A DNA stretch of 64,000 nucleotides from Macrostomum hystrix (Eukaryota; Animalia; Platyhelminthes): the NCBI GenBank assembly GCA_950097015.1, contig CATNEN010000011.1, positions 4,340,001 through 4,404,000 of the forward strand. The letters are read 5' to 3'. Position 1 is the first letter of the stretch; each line of letters starts with the position of its first letter. The translations under genes were made by a program, and so were the position numbers. Under the pieces are notes generated by a model, which worked only from the letters and a program-made list of their open reading frames with translations, did not search any database and had not been told where the DNA came from. Positions 39,077-49,631 of the stretch are shown in pieces.

Positions 39077-41010
39077 TCAGGGTGTGTATCGGTCTGGCTG
39101 TCGCCGATTTCGGTTACCCCTGCGCGGAACTTGATCTGCCACCGGAGCCGGTGGTGTCGGGGTTTCATTGGGAGGCATGTCTGCCGGCGGCTCCAGACTT
39201 TCGTCCTCGTCGTCCTCAGAAGTGCGTGAAAGCATCGGGGCAATCTGATTGTTGCTTGCCAGACGCAGTTTGTCGTCCGTCAGCAACCAGGATGTGTTGC
39301 GCCCTTGGGTCATGAGGAACTCTGCGCCTCGGGACGGGGTGTGGTCGGTGGCCTTGTATACGACCTGGTCACCTTGTTGGAAAGCCGAGACAACAGGTAC
39401 GCGAAGTCGTCGACCGAACACGAGCTCAGCCGGTGTCTTTGACCTTGCACCTGACGAGTTGCGGTGGTGAAGCAGAACCTTCTGCAAAAACGCAATGAAG
39501 TCAGAGTGGGTCAGTCTCTGTGTCCAGGCCTGCAGGGCCCTCTTGACAGTTTGGACTGCTCGCTCGGCCGCACCATTAGATTGTGGCGAGTAGGGAGGGG
39601 TTTCCATCTTTCGGGCGCCGTTGGCATGCAGCCAGGACAGCAGGGCATCAGACGTGAATTCCGGTCCGTTGTCGGAGACCACCACCTCTGGGACTCCAAA
39701 TCTCGTGAATACAGTACGTAACGAGCAAATAACCCTGTCTGCCGTCCTGTCGCGGGATGGAAAGGCTTCAATCCATCCGGAATAGGAATCCACTACAATG
39801 AGAATGTTGCCCACCTCGGGCACGAAGGCCCAGTCCATGTGGATGCGCTGAAATGGAGCATCAGCAGGTGGCCAAGCATCTCGGGACTTCTGCAGTCGGG
39901 GCCGCAGGCTGCTGCATGCAGCACACTGCCGCACGAATCGTTCCACGTCGCGCTGCATGCCGGGCCACCAGCAGGACAGCTCCAGGAGGTGGTAGCTGGC
40001 AGAAGTACCGCTATGAGTGTCGTGAATCGCATCGAAGGCCTCTTTCCGGAGACGCGGAGGTATGAATGCGCGCCGGTGCATGTAGAGGAGGCCGTTCTCG
40101 ATTGTTAGAGCTGCTGCGTTTCTCTTGAAAGCGGCCTCTGCTTGTGTGCAGTTATGCCAGTCGCCATTGCGTACGCGACGTATGATGCGCTGTAGCAGTG
40201 GATCAGAATCAAGTTCGCTAGCGATCCGTCGAGGATTGATAGTAGGGGATTCAAAGGCAACTGAGTTGATTGCCTCGAATGCGTCGGCCGGGTCTTGACT
40301 GTCATTATCAAACGGCAGACGAGAAAGCGCATCGGCATGCGGAATGCGCGATCCGGGAACGTAGACCACGCTAAAGTCTAATTGCATCAGGTAAAGGGCC
40401 CAACGACTGATTCTTGCCGATGAACTCATTGGTATGCTGCCACCGAAAAGCCGTAGAAGAGGCTGATGATCCGTCTGTACCGTAAATCGTCGGCCTTGGA
40501 GGTAGTGTTTCAGGCGACAGACGGCCCAGAAGATGGCGAGTGCTTCCCGTTCAATGTTGGAATAGTTAGTCTCGGCCTTGGACAGTGTCCTAGAGATAAA
40601 GATTACAGGGCGTCCTTCCTGGGTAACAACGCCTGCCAACGCTCCTTTAGAGGCATCTGTTGTGAGGGTCACCTCCTTCTCCAGGCTGTACGGTTGTACT
40701 ATTGGTCGTGATGAGATCTCCTTCTTGAGATTCTCGAAAGCGCGAGCACATGCTTCAGACCAGACAAACGGCGTGGATGCCTTGCGCAGTTCGTTCAATG
40801 GGGCGACCTTGGCGGAATAGTCAGGAATCAAGCGGCCGAAGAAATTCACCAGACCGAGAAATTGCTCGATCTCCTTCTTGGTCTTCGGTGTCGAGATGTG
40901 GCGAACTTTGTCCACGAGCTTATCATCGGGCCGAATTCCAGCGGCAGAAATTTCGAATCCAAGGAATGAAATCGAATCGCAAATGCCTGTACATTTGTCT
41001 TCATTAACCG
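39077..41010 (-). CDS. pol: G2 RT end, RNaseH and integrase (continuation after a 1-nt frameshift)
   Basis: FLGFEI, QFLGLVNFF, TDAS, IEREAL, TDH.PL, H..H...C..C, HMDW, VVDSYS, SDNG, SNGAAERAV. Confidence 0.9.
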
Positions 41011-42858
41011 TTACCTTTTTTCGGCCAGGCGCGTTTTGACTGCTTTCAGACGCTTCTGGAGTGCTTCAACGTTCTCAGCATAGACCATGATGTCGTCTTG
41101 ATAGATCAGTAGTCCCTTCAAGTCGGAGAGGATGCTCTCCATTGTGCGTTGAAAAATGAATGAAGCGTTTTTCATGCCCATCTGAAGGCGTTTGACGCGG
41201 TATAAGCCTCGCGAGGTATTGATGATAGAGATGCCTTGGGCGGATTCGTCCAGCTCGATCTGCCAGTAAGCCGACCTCAGATCAATCTTGGCAAACTTCT
41301 TGGCATTCTTTAACTTGCCAAAGAGGTGCTCGATGCTTGGAATAGGGTATGACTCTGGCTTTATTTTGTCGTTCACATGGACCTTGTAATCGGCGCACAT
41401 GCGCAACGTCCCGTCCTTCTTCTTGATCCAGACGACCGGAGAAGCGTTGCTCACAGGACCCTCCACAGGCTCGATGATGCCAAGCTGCTGCAGCCGGTCC
41501 AACTCTGCGTTGACTTGCTTCTCTAGTGCGATTGGAACCGGACGAGCACGGCAGAACTGGGATCGAGCGCCTTCAACCAGCTCCATCTGTGCCTTGATGC
41601 CCTTGATGGTGGGCAGCGTTGTAGCTGCAACTGTGGGGCTCGGAGCTTGAGAGTTGGTGTGAAAGAGAGAGTCGGAATCTAAAAGATCACGGCCAAGGAG
41701 GCCGAACGGCTTCAAAGACGAAACCACGACGAATTCGGCGGGGTGTAATCTACCCCGCATCTCGACGGTAGAGCACAGCTTGCCGAGAGTCTTTAGGGTG
41801 TGGCCGTCGTAGGCCTCGAGGCGTCGGTGACTCTTTTGCAGTGGGGGCCTGCCCAGAGACTCCCAGATTGTGCTAGAAAGCACGGAGACGGATGCACCGG
41901 TATCCACTTGCATTGGTACCTTGGCGCCGTCTACAAGAAGTGTCTCAGATGCAACTTCGATTGCGTTGACCAGATCAACGTCCATAAGATGCAGGATCTT
42001 CGAGGGCTCGGGCGTCATCGATGCATCGGATGGAACATCCGCGTGATGTACGGATTTGCTAGTCAGAGCAGAGCGGCATACGGCAGCAAAGTGGTTGCGC
42101 TTGGAGCACTTGGAACAGGTCTTGCCATATGCCGGGCACTTGCCTGCGTGATGGGATCCGCCACAGTACTTGCAGCCCTCGATGCGCTGACCATTGGAAG
42201 TTGGCCGTCCACCTTTGGAGTAGTGCACCGATTCGTCAGTGGCCGCATTATGTTGGGCTGGCGGCGACAATGGGCCAGCCGGGCCTACCGGGGGCACCGA
42301 GTTACAGGTTTGAACAAACGTGTTGATCTGTTCACAACTTCGAATGAGGTCAACAATCTCCGAGATTGTCTGATCCTTGGTTTGCATTGCACCGAGAATG
42401 CGCCGTTGATGCTCAGGGTTGTACAGTCCAGAAATGAGAGTAAGCCGCACCAGCTCCTCTGCGGGACTGGCGCAGTCCTTCAGAGAGTCAAAGGCGCAGT
42501 GCGTTGCTGCTTTCCTCAGGCGAGCTAAATAGTCTGCTATCGGCTCAGCAGCTTTCTGACGAATTGAGAAAAAGTCGGTTCTTTCGGCGACAATGAGGCG
42601 CTTCTGAGGTTGTAAGTAGGACACCAGGGCTGTCTCGATCTCTTGGAAGGTCAGCTTGTCGATCTCCTTCGGAGCGACGAGATGAGTCAGCTTCTCCAAA
42701 GCAGGCAGTCCGCAGGATGCCAAAAAATTGTCTGCGACTTGTCGGGATTCGGTCGAGTCGGTCCACTTCTTGGCGCGGGCCAGAGCATTGAAGGCCTTGA
42801 GCCACATCAGTGCACGGTCGGCATCGCCGAGAAAAAGGTCGCCAAGCCGCGACGCCAT
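41011..42858 (-). CDS. gag-pol: G2 Gag-protease-RT (N-terminal part of gag-pol)
   Basis: Tandem Cys/His knuckles CKYCGGSHHAGKC...CSKCSKRNHFAAVC, protease VDTGA, RT IDLRSAYWQ and YQDD. ATG at 42858. Confidence 0.9.
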   Translation of the reverse strand: MASRLGDLFLGDADRALMWLKAFNALARAKKWTDSTESRQVADNFLASCGLPALEKLTHLVAPKEIDKLTFQEIETALVSYLQPQKRLIVAERTDFFSIRQKAAEPIADYLARLRKAATHCAFDSLKDCASPAEELVRLTLISGLYNPEHQRRILGAMQTKDQTISEIVDLIRSCEQINTFVQTCNSVPPVGPAGPLSPPAQHNAATDESVHYSKGGRPTSNGQRIEGCKYCGGSHHAGKCPAYGKTCSKCSKRNHFAAVCRSALTSKSVHHADVPSDASMTPEPSKILHLMDVDLVNAIEVASETLLVDGAKVPMQVDTGASVSVLSSTIWESLGRPPLQKSHRRLEAYDGHTLKTLGKLCSTVEMRGRLHPAEFVVVSSLKPFGLLGRDLLDSDSLFHTNSQAPSPTVAATTLPTIKGIKAQMELVEGARSQFCRARPVPIALEKQVNAELDRLQQLGIIEPVEGPVSNASPVVWIKKKDGTLRMCADYKVHVNDKIKPESYPIPSIEHLFGKLKNAKKFAKIDLRSAYWQIELDESAQGISIINTSRGLYRVKRLQMGMKNASFIFQRTMESILSDLKGLLIYQDDIMVYAENVEALQKRLKAVKTRLAEKR

Positions 42859-43872
42859 TGTCAAGACTCAAAGGAAGCTTCTTATAGCGAATATAACGAG
42901 TGTATTTGGGTCAAAGCCGCGCGTGCGAATAAGCCGTGTAGTCACTCTTACGTTTAGCTTGGGGGGGTAAAAGGGGTGCAACAGTTGAGGCGAAGCTTAG
43001 CTTAACGGGACCATAGACAGAAGAAGAAGAGAGAAAGCCGTTAGGGCCGGGCTGCTTTGACACTGCACAACAGAGATATTGTCCTCCAAGTCAGATGCTC
43101 CTTGTTGATCAGCAACTCGATTAGCAGATGCTCCCTCTGGTGGAGAAGGCGTAGATTCCAATGAAGCACCTGAGTTAGCACCGATGGACACCAAGTTAGC
43201 GCCTGATTCATCAGCTGCAGCCTTGAGCAGTGCACTTCGCCTTTTTCGTTTAATTTGACTATATGGAAGACATCTGAAATTGTATGTACATGGCAGGTAA
43301 ATAATAAAACCTGGAAGCCCTATGTACTCCATAAAGGCTAAGAAACGTCCACGATGAGTTACAATTTAGGCATAGATGAACAGCACAAAATTACACAAAT
43401 GTGCTTATGCTCCTTACTGCTACATATGATAAATTTCATAACTTATAAAATGATTTGTCAACAAGTTTACATGACAGCAATGAACTTACACTAAGAATTA
43501 GATTGAACCCTTTAATTTTTTGCATTTTTAACAAAAAGCTGCACCCTTGAGCAGTGCATTTTTGCTTTATTAGACAATAGGAAAACGTCTACAATTGTTG
43601 TACATTGCAGATAAATAAAGAAAAACAATGAAGTCATATGTACTCCAGAAGGGCTTAAAACGTCCACTCCCTAGAAAAAAAAACAAGCTAAACTTTGTAA
43701 GTACTTACAAAGTAAACAATCAAAAGTCGTGACAAGTACCACCCAAGTGTACTAGGATGTTTTCATGGTTGACTTAGAAAGTAACCAAAGTTTGTTGCCA
43801 TGACTTACAAAGTTTACCATGTTTGACTGCCATGTACTTAGGTTGACTTGTAAAGTATATATTGTTTTCGTA

Positions 43873-44186
43873 AGACGACTTACAAAGTATGCAAAGTAGA
43901 CGTTGCATATACCTAGATGACTTACAAAGTATGCAAAGTAGACGATGCATATACCTAGATGACTTACAAAGTATGCAAAGTAGACGTTGCATATACCTAG
44001 ATGACTTACAAAGTATGCAAAGTAGACGTTGCATGTACCTAGTTGACTTACAAAGTATGCAAAGTAGACGATGCATGTACCTAGATGACTTACAAAGTAT
44101 GCAAAGTAGACGTTGCATGTTACCTAGTTGACTTACAAAGTATGCAAAGTAGACGATGTATATACCTAGATGACTTACAAAGTATT
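43873..44186. repeat. E4 left subterminal array, 42-bp unit, about 7.5 copies
   Basis: gacttacaaagtatgcaaagtagacgttgcatatacctagat. Confidence 0.92.
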
Positions 44187-44760
44187 CGTTACATTAGTTG
44201 GCTTACATTTGGCACATCACTGACGGAGCCCAGTAAAACTGCATTACAAGCAATTCTAAATAAAATAAGAAAATGTAGACCGGATAATTTTTCTGCTAGA
44301 AACGCAAAAGCTCGTGTTATCGAGAATGGAAGCAAAAAATACTTTATAACACATGATCGTCCTTATTCCAAAACTGTGTAACCTTTATTGAAAAAATTAT
44401 GTTCAGAATGTGGCAGAAGTTCTGCGGACAACTATCTATCTATCCAGGCACAAGCTAACAGCTGCTGTTGACAAGTTGACAACTGACAACGCCAGGGACA
44501 CCCAATTGCACAGGAAGCGAATAAGCAAAGAAAAGAAAATTGATATGAAGCATGTTGCACAGCATTTAATAAGAAAAGTAGCACAAACACTAGCTGCTAG
44601 CATATAGTTCAAAGGCATCTTTCTGTACAGGTCAAAGTCATTATCTACACGATATAAATCATCTACTACAACTCAATCAAAATTGTACAATTGCTAGCCT
44701 TCTTGTGGCCTGAAAAGATCGAAAGCCGCACAAAAGAATACCACTAAATGTGCAATTAAG

Positions 44761-44932
44761 GGGGGGATTCGCCGAATCCCGATTGGCCGAAGTCCCGACT
44801 CGCCGAAATCCCGATTTGCCTCCACACAACTCATCGGATTTCGGCTCCATACAACTCATCGGATTCGGCGAATCGGGATTTCGGCGAGTCGGGACTTCGG
44901 CCAATCGGGATTCGGCGAATTGGGATACACCC
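44761..44932. mobile_element. Palindromic MITE with 9-bp TSD (MULE-like)
   Basis: About 50-bp perfect inverted arms attcgccgaatcccgattggccgaagtcccgactcgccgaaatcccgat; gcaattaag at 44752-44760 and 44933-44941. Confidence 0.85.
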
Positions 44933-44944
44933 GCAATTAAGAAA

Positions 44945-47188
44945 CTAATCATGTTCGAAATCGTTTATCACGGGAATAGCAAAAGAGACGTCAGATAACC
45001 TTGTAGAAACTAAAACAAAGTGCTTTTGTAGGAGATCAACATTTACAGTGATGAAAAACCCAGAAGTTGATAACGAATAAATGGGACACATCTTTGTTAA
45101 AACGCCAACGACATCTTGGAATGGGACTTGCATTTCGCCAAAGCCAGCACGCAAACAAAAATCAATAGCACTTCGGTAAGCAAAGCACTCACAAAAATAT
45201 TTGTCATTGTGACGCAGGATTTTCTCGATCCGCAAAAGCATCTTCTTACAAGAGATGTCAGCCACCGCAAAGCAGCTAGCAGTTTGTCGATTGCTCTCAG
45301 CTCGTGCTGTTGTGAATGTTTTTCCGTTAACCGTGATTCGATTGCCTCGATGGTGCATCGAAGGAGCGGTCGGCTTGATGGCAGGACGCATTCGGCCAGC
45401 CAGCTTCCGTCTCAAGAAATTACGGATCATTATTTCAGCTTCGTTTCGCGTTCCGTGAATCTGCGAAACCAAACGGCCGAAGAAGCTTTCAAACAAAGCT
45501 GCAGAAGTACACCAGAGAGGCCCGTAAAGCTCTACTTGGGATGCGAGGTGTCGCAGTGCATGAATTGACATCGTACACGACTCTGTACCAAACCAGGCAG
45601 CAAGGCTAGCTTGAAAGCACTCAATCATACGTTCTGCCAAATTGAGATGTTCATAGGCAACACAGTCTGATGAAAGCAAATAGGTTGAGGTCGAAATGAG
45701 ACAGAATAAGAACATCAATCGCTTGGAAGCACCCGTAACCAACAGTAGCGGAAGAATGAAGTACAGAAGAGCATTCTTGAGCTCACTTGCTTTCCATCGA
45801 TTAAGATCTTCGAGCTTTCTTGGCTTTCTAGTGAAGCTTCGTGGCACCTTCACTTTCACGAGTTCTTCAGATACAGCTGTCTTATCTAGCAGCTTGTGCT
45901 TTATGCCGTAGTTAAGCAGTCGGCTTGTGACATTTATGTACACCAAATGCATCGCATCAAGTGGAGCCCCCTCAGGTACTCTGATCAACTCGGAAAGCAG
46001 TGTCGGACCTTTGACGCCTAGATGGGGCTTCTTTGGTTCCGCAATGATGGAATGCAGCTGATGAGTATGTGAATTCCGTAGAGGGCTTGGCTGCTCTAGG
46101 AACGGAAACGTCATCTTCCGGTACTCAAGCGAGTATACGCCTTCAATCTCACAGATAGTGCAGCCACGCTTGCCGTTAAAGTTTTGCATATTTAAAAATT
46201 CGGCCTTGGCAGGAAAATCTGCTACTAAAGCCAGAACACAAAATTGAACACTAAACGACTGGAGTTGGAATTGCAGCTTTGATGTATTTTCTATCAATAC
46301 CTGCAGAATCTCCTGGCCATCAGGCTTACATTCACCATAGTACACGGCAAGCAGAATAATGTTCTGCCATCGAAGACGGTCTCCTGGTGGAAGGTTGAGC
46401 ACTGCGAATGATACTGGCCATAGTTGACAACCTTTCGACTTTTGTGGAGTTGCAACACCATCAACATTCAACAGCACGTATAAAAACTTCGTGTCAGCTG
46501 TGTTCTCGTGCAAGCGAAATGCAGAGCCGCAAGTGATGTCTCGAAATTCCCCGTGTTGACGAACAGGCGCGAATTCGAACAATCTTGGGTATGTTTCGAG
46601 CAAAGTCTCTATCTGCAGCCTTGCATCTAACACGTAACAGGTCCCACCTGACACAGGCACCTCGATGGTTAGTTTGGCTTCTGCATTGCTTTCCTTGTTA
46701 AGGTCGTACAGTGTTGGACAACGATTGGGAATTGGCAGCACATCAGCAAACAACTGCAAAAACGTTTCTGCGGTGGCATCATCGACGCGGTGATCGGCTA
46801 CAGTGGAAATAAATCGCCTGCCAAATTCACCCACAGTAATCGCAGCGCTAGGATACAGGCTTTCAGACGACGAAAAGCTGGACTCTTGTGTAGAAACAGT
46901 TGCCTGCGGCTCGTCGAACGGAATGGGACTAGAACATCGGGCTTCCGACTGCAGTTGCTGTTCAAACTCAGATTCTGTTAGCAGAAACGGCGGATTTTGC
47001 TCCAATTCAGGTCCAGCAATGGTTGCAAGGCTCACTTCAGGTTCCTGCACTTCACTGGGACTGGGAGTCTTCCAAACGAGCGAATCTTCTGACAAAGGTG
47101 ACTCATGCGCAGAGCTGGGAGAAGCAGTCCTTTGTCGCTTTGAAGCTCGCTTTGCCGAATACGTGAGGCGCTGCTTCTTCTTTGGCAT
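44945..47188 (-). CDS. E4 CMC/EnSpm-type DDE transposase (747 aa from MPKKKQ)
   Basis: Uninterrupted ORF with LNVDG, LVADFPAK, C..C (GCTIC), PLDAMH, R.PR.L..L.RWKASE, H...HL..QV..YGPLW..SA..FES. The extra 105 codons upstream in the ORF track look like intron sequence. Confidence 0.9.
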   Translation of the reverse strand: MPKKKQRLTYSAKRASKRQRTASPSSAHESPLSEDSLVWKTPSPSEVQEPEVSLATIAGPELEQNPPFLLTESEFEQQLQSEARCSSPIPFDEPQATVSTQESSFSSSESLYPSAAITVGEFGRRFISTVADHRVDDATAETFLQLFADVLPIPNRCPTLYDLNKESNAEAKLTIEVPVSGGTCYVLDARLQIETLLETYPRLFEFAPVRQHGEFRDITCGSAFRLHENTADTKFLYVLLNVDGVATPQKSKGCQLWPVSFAVLNLPPGDRLRWQNIILLAVYYGECKPDGQEILQVLIENTSKLQFQLQSFSVQFCVLALVADFPAKAEFLNMQNFNGKRGCTICEIEGVYSLEYRKMTFPFLEQPSPLRNSHTHQLHSIIAEPKKPHLGVKGPTLLSELIRVPEGAPLDAMHLVYINVTSRLLNYGIKHKLLDKTAVSEELVKVKVPRSFTRKPRKLEDLNRWKASELKNALLYFILPLLLVTGASKRLMFLFCLISTSTYLLSSDCVAYEHLNLAERMIECFQASLAAWFGTESCTMSIHALRHLASQVELYGPLWCTSAALFESFFGRLVSQIHGTRNEAEIMIRNFLRRKLAGRMRPAIKPTAPSMHHRGNRITVNGKTFTTARAESNRQTASCFAVADISCKKMLLRIEKILRHNDKYFCECFAYRSAIDFCLRAGFGEMQVPFQDVVGVLTKMCPIYSLSTSGFFITVNVDLLQKHFVLVSTRLSDVSFAIPVINDFEHD

Positions 47189-47824
47189 AATTTGATGGGC
47201 TGGAAGTTCGGGGATAAAGCAGGAAAATTTTAGAATTAAAAGAAAAGAAACATAAAAGAAACTCCCACTCCCAATTAAATATTCATAGACTGTCAGGCTC
47301 CCATAGATTATACTTTGCATAAATGATTTTAGATTTTGACAATTATATAATGTCACCACTTTTACAAAAGGTGGAAAAGGAGTACAAATCCAAGTGAAAT
47401 CCAAGGGACAAGCTGCTGCACTCCTTCTGGCAACAAGCAGACAATCAATGCACAAAAAGATGGAAAATTGGCATGCTACTCTCCTGGTAACAAGCAGAGA
47501 CAAAATACATTTGACTACTATATACTAAAATATTTGAGCAGCTATTTAAAACATTACCCTTTAAATGTTGTAGAAAGAAATTTGCATGGCAGCTAGAATA
47601 TTTCTTTATTCAGAAAATATTATATAAATATATTAGTAAAGGTCTTTATATCACCTTTTTATTCCTACAGCTTTAAAGAAGCCACATTTAACTGTGCAAT
47701 ACAACCAAAAGACATCATAATATTCCCCCCATATTAAATTTGTGCCAAAATTCGCACTTAAGTCCAGCAAGCTATGCTAAAAGCTCCCATAAAAATGACA
47801 TGGAAATTTTTAAGGTCTTTCTAT

Positions 47825-48406
47825 GGGGCGAGGGGGGTCAGCGGCTAACGTCGCTGCCTCGCACTCCAAAGGACGCTAGTTCGATTCACCCTTCAGGTCA
47901 CGATTAATTTCGGTACTTGTTGGGGGGGGTTTGGACAGTAGCGACCGGCGGAGGTGCACCATATTTCGTGCAATCAAAGCTTGAAAAATAGCTTCGCTCC
48001 TACCTTCTGTGTGCCTGTTCTGCGTTGTTTGAGTTTGTGCGTTGGCGCTGGGGCGTTAGACCTTGCGGGGGGGTGGCTGGGGGGCGGGTGTACACCGCCG
48101 CGCGCTCATCTGGATTTCCGTCAGCGCGATTGGATAAAGTGTACACTCGTCACCCGCCCCCCCCTGAGGACTGATTTCTATCAGCCTTCCGCCCCGGCTT
48201 GGTCTGCTCTGTGCGTGTGCGGGCCTGGGGTGAGAGGCACTCCGGCTGCCGCCCCCTTCCCCGCTTGGCTTGCTGCTGTGTGTGTGAGGTGCCTGCTCAG
48301 GGGAGGCGGCGCGATGGGCGGCTTTCGCCTAGTTCGCCGGCCTGGGGGCATGCCGTTCCTGTGTTTGTGCGTCAAGTGCCCCAGGCCCCCCTGCAAAGTA
48401 AGTAAG
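47825..48406 (+). mobile_element. tRNA-derived SINE with (AAGT)n tail and 14-bp TSD
   Basis: taaggtctttctat at 47811-47824 and 48407-48420; head ggggtcagcggctaacg...tagttcgattc. Confidence 0.85.
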
Positions 48407-48611
48407 TAAGGTCTTTCTATTCTATTAAATGTTATTTTAGATCATATAGACTACAGAAAGGTCAATAAAAAGTAGTTGCCACACTAAGTTTTATACACAA
48501 AAGTAAGACACTTGATATCATTGTTGCATTGTCATTTAAATTACCATGGGAGTTGGTAAAATTGCATCAGTCTAATAGCAAAGCATGACAATAAGTCCGA
48601 AAATCAATTCT

Positions 48612-49631
48612 TCAAGTTCCAATGTTCTTGCGGCACCGAATTCCTCTGCGAATGTCGTTGCCAAGCTGATTGGCTGCATCTCGGGCAATGCTAACAGAAA
48701 CATCATCCTTGAGGAAGCGGCTGTTGACAGCTTTGAAAAACAAATTGCCTCGATTTGGTGACACCGAAGGGCGTGCTGTAGGCGTTTGCCTTTTGGTACC
48801 TACTCGGCAACTTTTAAGCTCATCATCTGTCCACAGATGGCGAGCTAGCAGAATTCCATATTCAGAAGGTGTAAGGTTGTTGTCCCCTAGCCTAGCTAGG
48901 TCAATATCATTGGCAAGCACTGGCACAATGTTCTCATTAGTTGCAACTTGGTGCTGGTTGGCAATTCCAGAGTGTCTACCAATTTCAGCAGACTTTCTTA
49001 GCCTTCTAGTTTCTCGCACTTGGGCCTCTAGAAGCTTCACAATTTGGCCATTCAAAAGGTTGGTCTTAGCAAGCCTTTTGTTGAGTTCCTTTAGCTGAAC
49101 AATTACTGGCACCTGAGCCTCAGACTGCATGCTTGACTCAACAACCGATACATTCCGATCTAGGTCCTCAGGGTCCTCATCCCCAGAATCATCAGCATGG
49201 GCTTCTTGTTCATCTTCACTGCTACTTGAAGATTTCTCAGCAGTTATAGCAGCAGAACCATTGGCAGCAGAATTTGCAATAGCATCAACATCACCAGTGC
49301 TATTTAGCAAAGATGAAAGATTAACACTTGATGTGTCCTGTCTACAACTAAGCTTGGACTCCAGTTGCCTCTTTGCTTGATCCAGGTCTCGTTCATTCGT
49401 GCTAGCAGCAACAACAGAACCAACATAATTGTTAGTTAGCTTGATAGTCGATTTCACATCAAGATTTCTAAGGTCGCAATTGCGCAAGCTAGCTGGCAAC
49501 AGATGGGATACAGATGACAATGTTGAGTAGGACTTATCTTCTTGAAAATATAATAAAACATATGAAACCATTGATGATTGCACTTCTGGTCTTCGGTCAA
49601 GAACCTTCTTGGTTCTTTTTGGCTCTTGCAT
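48612..49631 (-). CDS. E4 accessory protein, 339 aa: small N-terminal domain, acidic linker, coiled coil, C-terminal BEN domain
   Basis: C-terminal YGILLARHLWTDDELKSCRVG...PSVSPNRGNLFFKAVNSRF...SIARDAANQLGNDIRR fits the BEN pattern (L...LFT.EEL...LDP.....I...V...F......IN.KCR). Assigned by eye. Confidence 0.75.
   Translation of the reverse strand: MQEPKRTKKVLDRRPEVQSSMVSYVLLYFQEDKSYSTLSSVSHLLPASLRNCDLRNLDVKSTIKLTNNYVGSVVAASTNERDLDQAKRQLESKLSCRQDTSSVNLSSLLNSTGDVDAIANSAANGSAAITAEKSSSSSEDEQEAHADDSGDEDPEDLDRNVSVVESSMQSEAQVPVIVQLKELNKRLAKTNLLNGQIVKLLEAQVRETRRLRKSAEIGRHSGIANQHQVATNENIVPVLANDIDLARLGDNNLTPSEYGILLARHLWTDDELKSCRVGTKRQTPTARPSVSPNRGNLFFKAVNSRFLKDDVSVSIARDAANQLGNDIRRGIRCRKNIGT

Larger units (their letters stand above)
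38760..43072 (-). mobile_element. Compact Gypsy (Mag-like) LTR retrotransposon G2, 4313 bp
   Basis: 214-bp LTRs at 38760-38973 and 42859-43072 (two substitutions); 5-bp TSD gagat; PBS-like tggcgtcgcgg; PPT ggagggag. Confidence 0.95.
36990..43280 (-). pseudogene. E3 transposase, split by G2 (43073-43280 plus 36990-38759) and frameshifted
   Basis: INIDGLPLYKSS..LWPI, LFYG..KP, FICDAQARAF...GHT...GC, PVDYMHCICLG, KAT.FR.LLLY, NFH...H...V..YGPLD..SAFPFEN. Removing G2 restores DLEDNISSDENS in frame. Confidence 0.88.

Noticed and set aside
47189-47503. N-terminal 105 aa of the 852-aa ORF
   Set aside because: Hydrophobic, T-rich and upstream of an acceptor; homologues start at MPKK.
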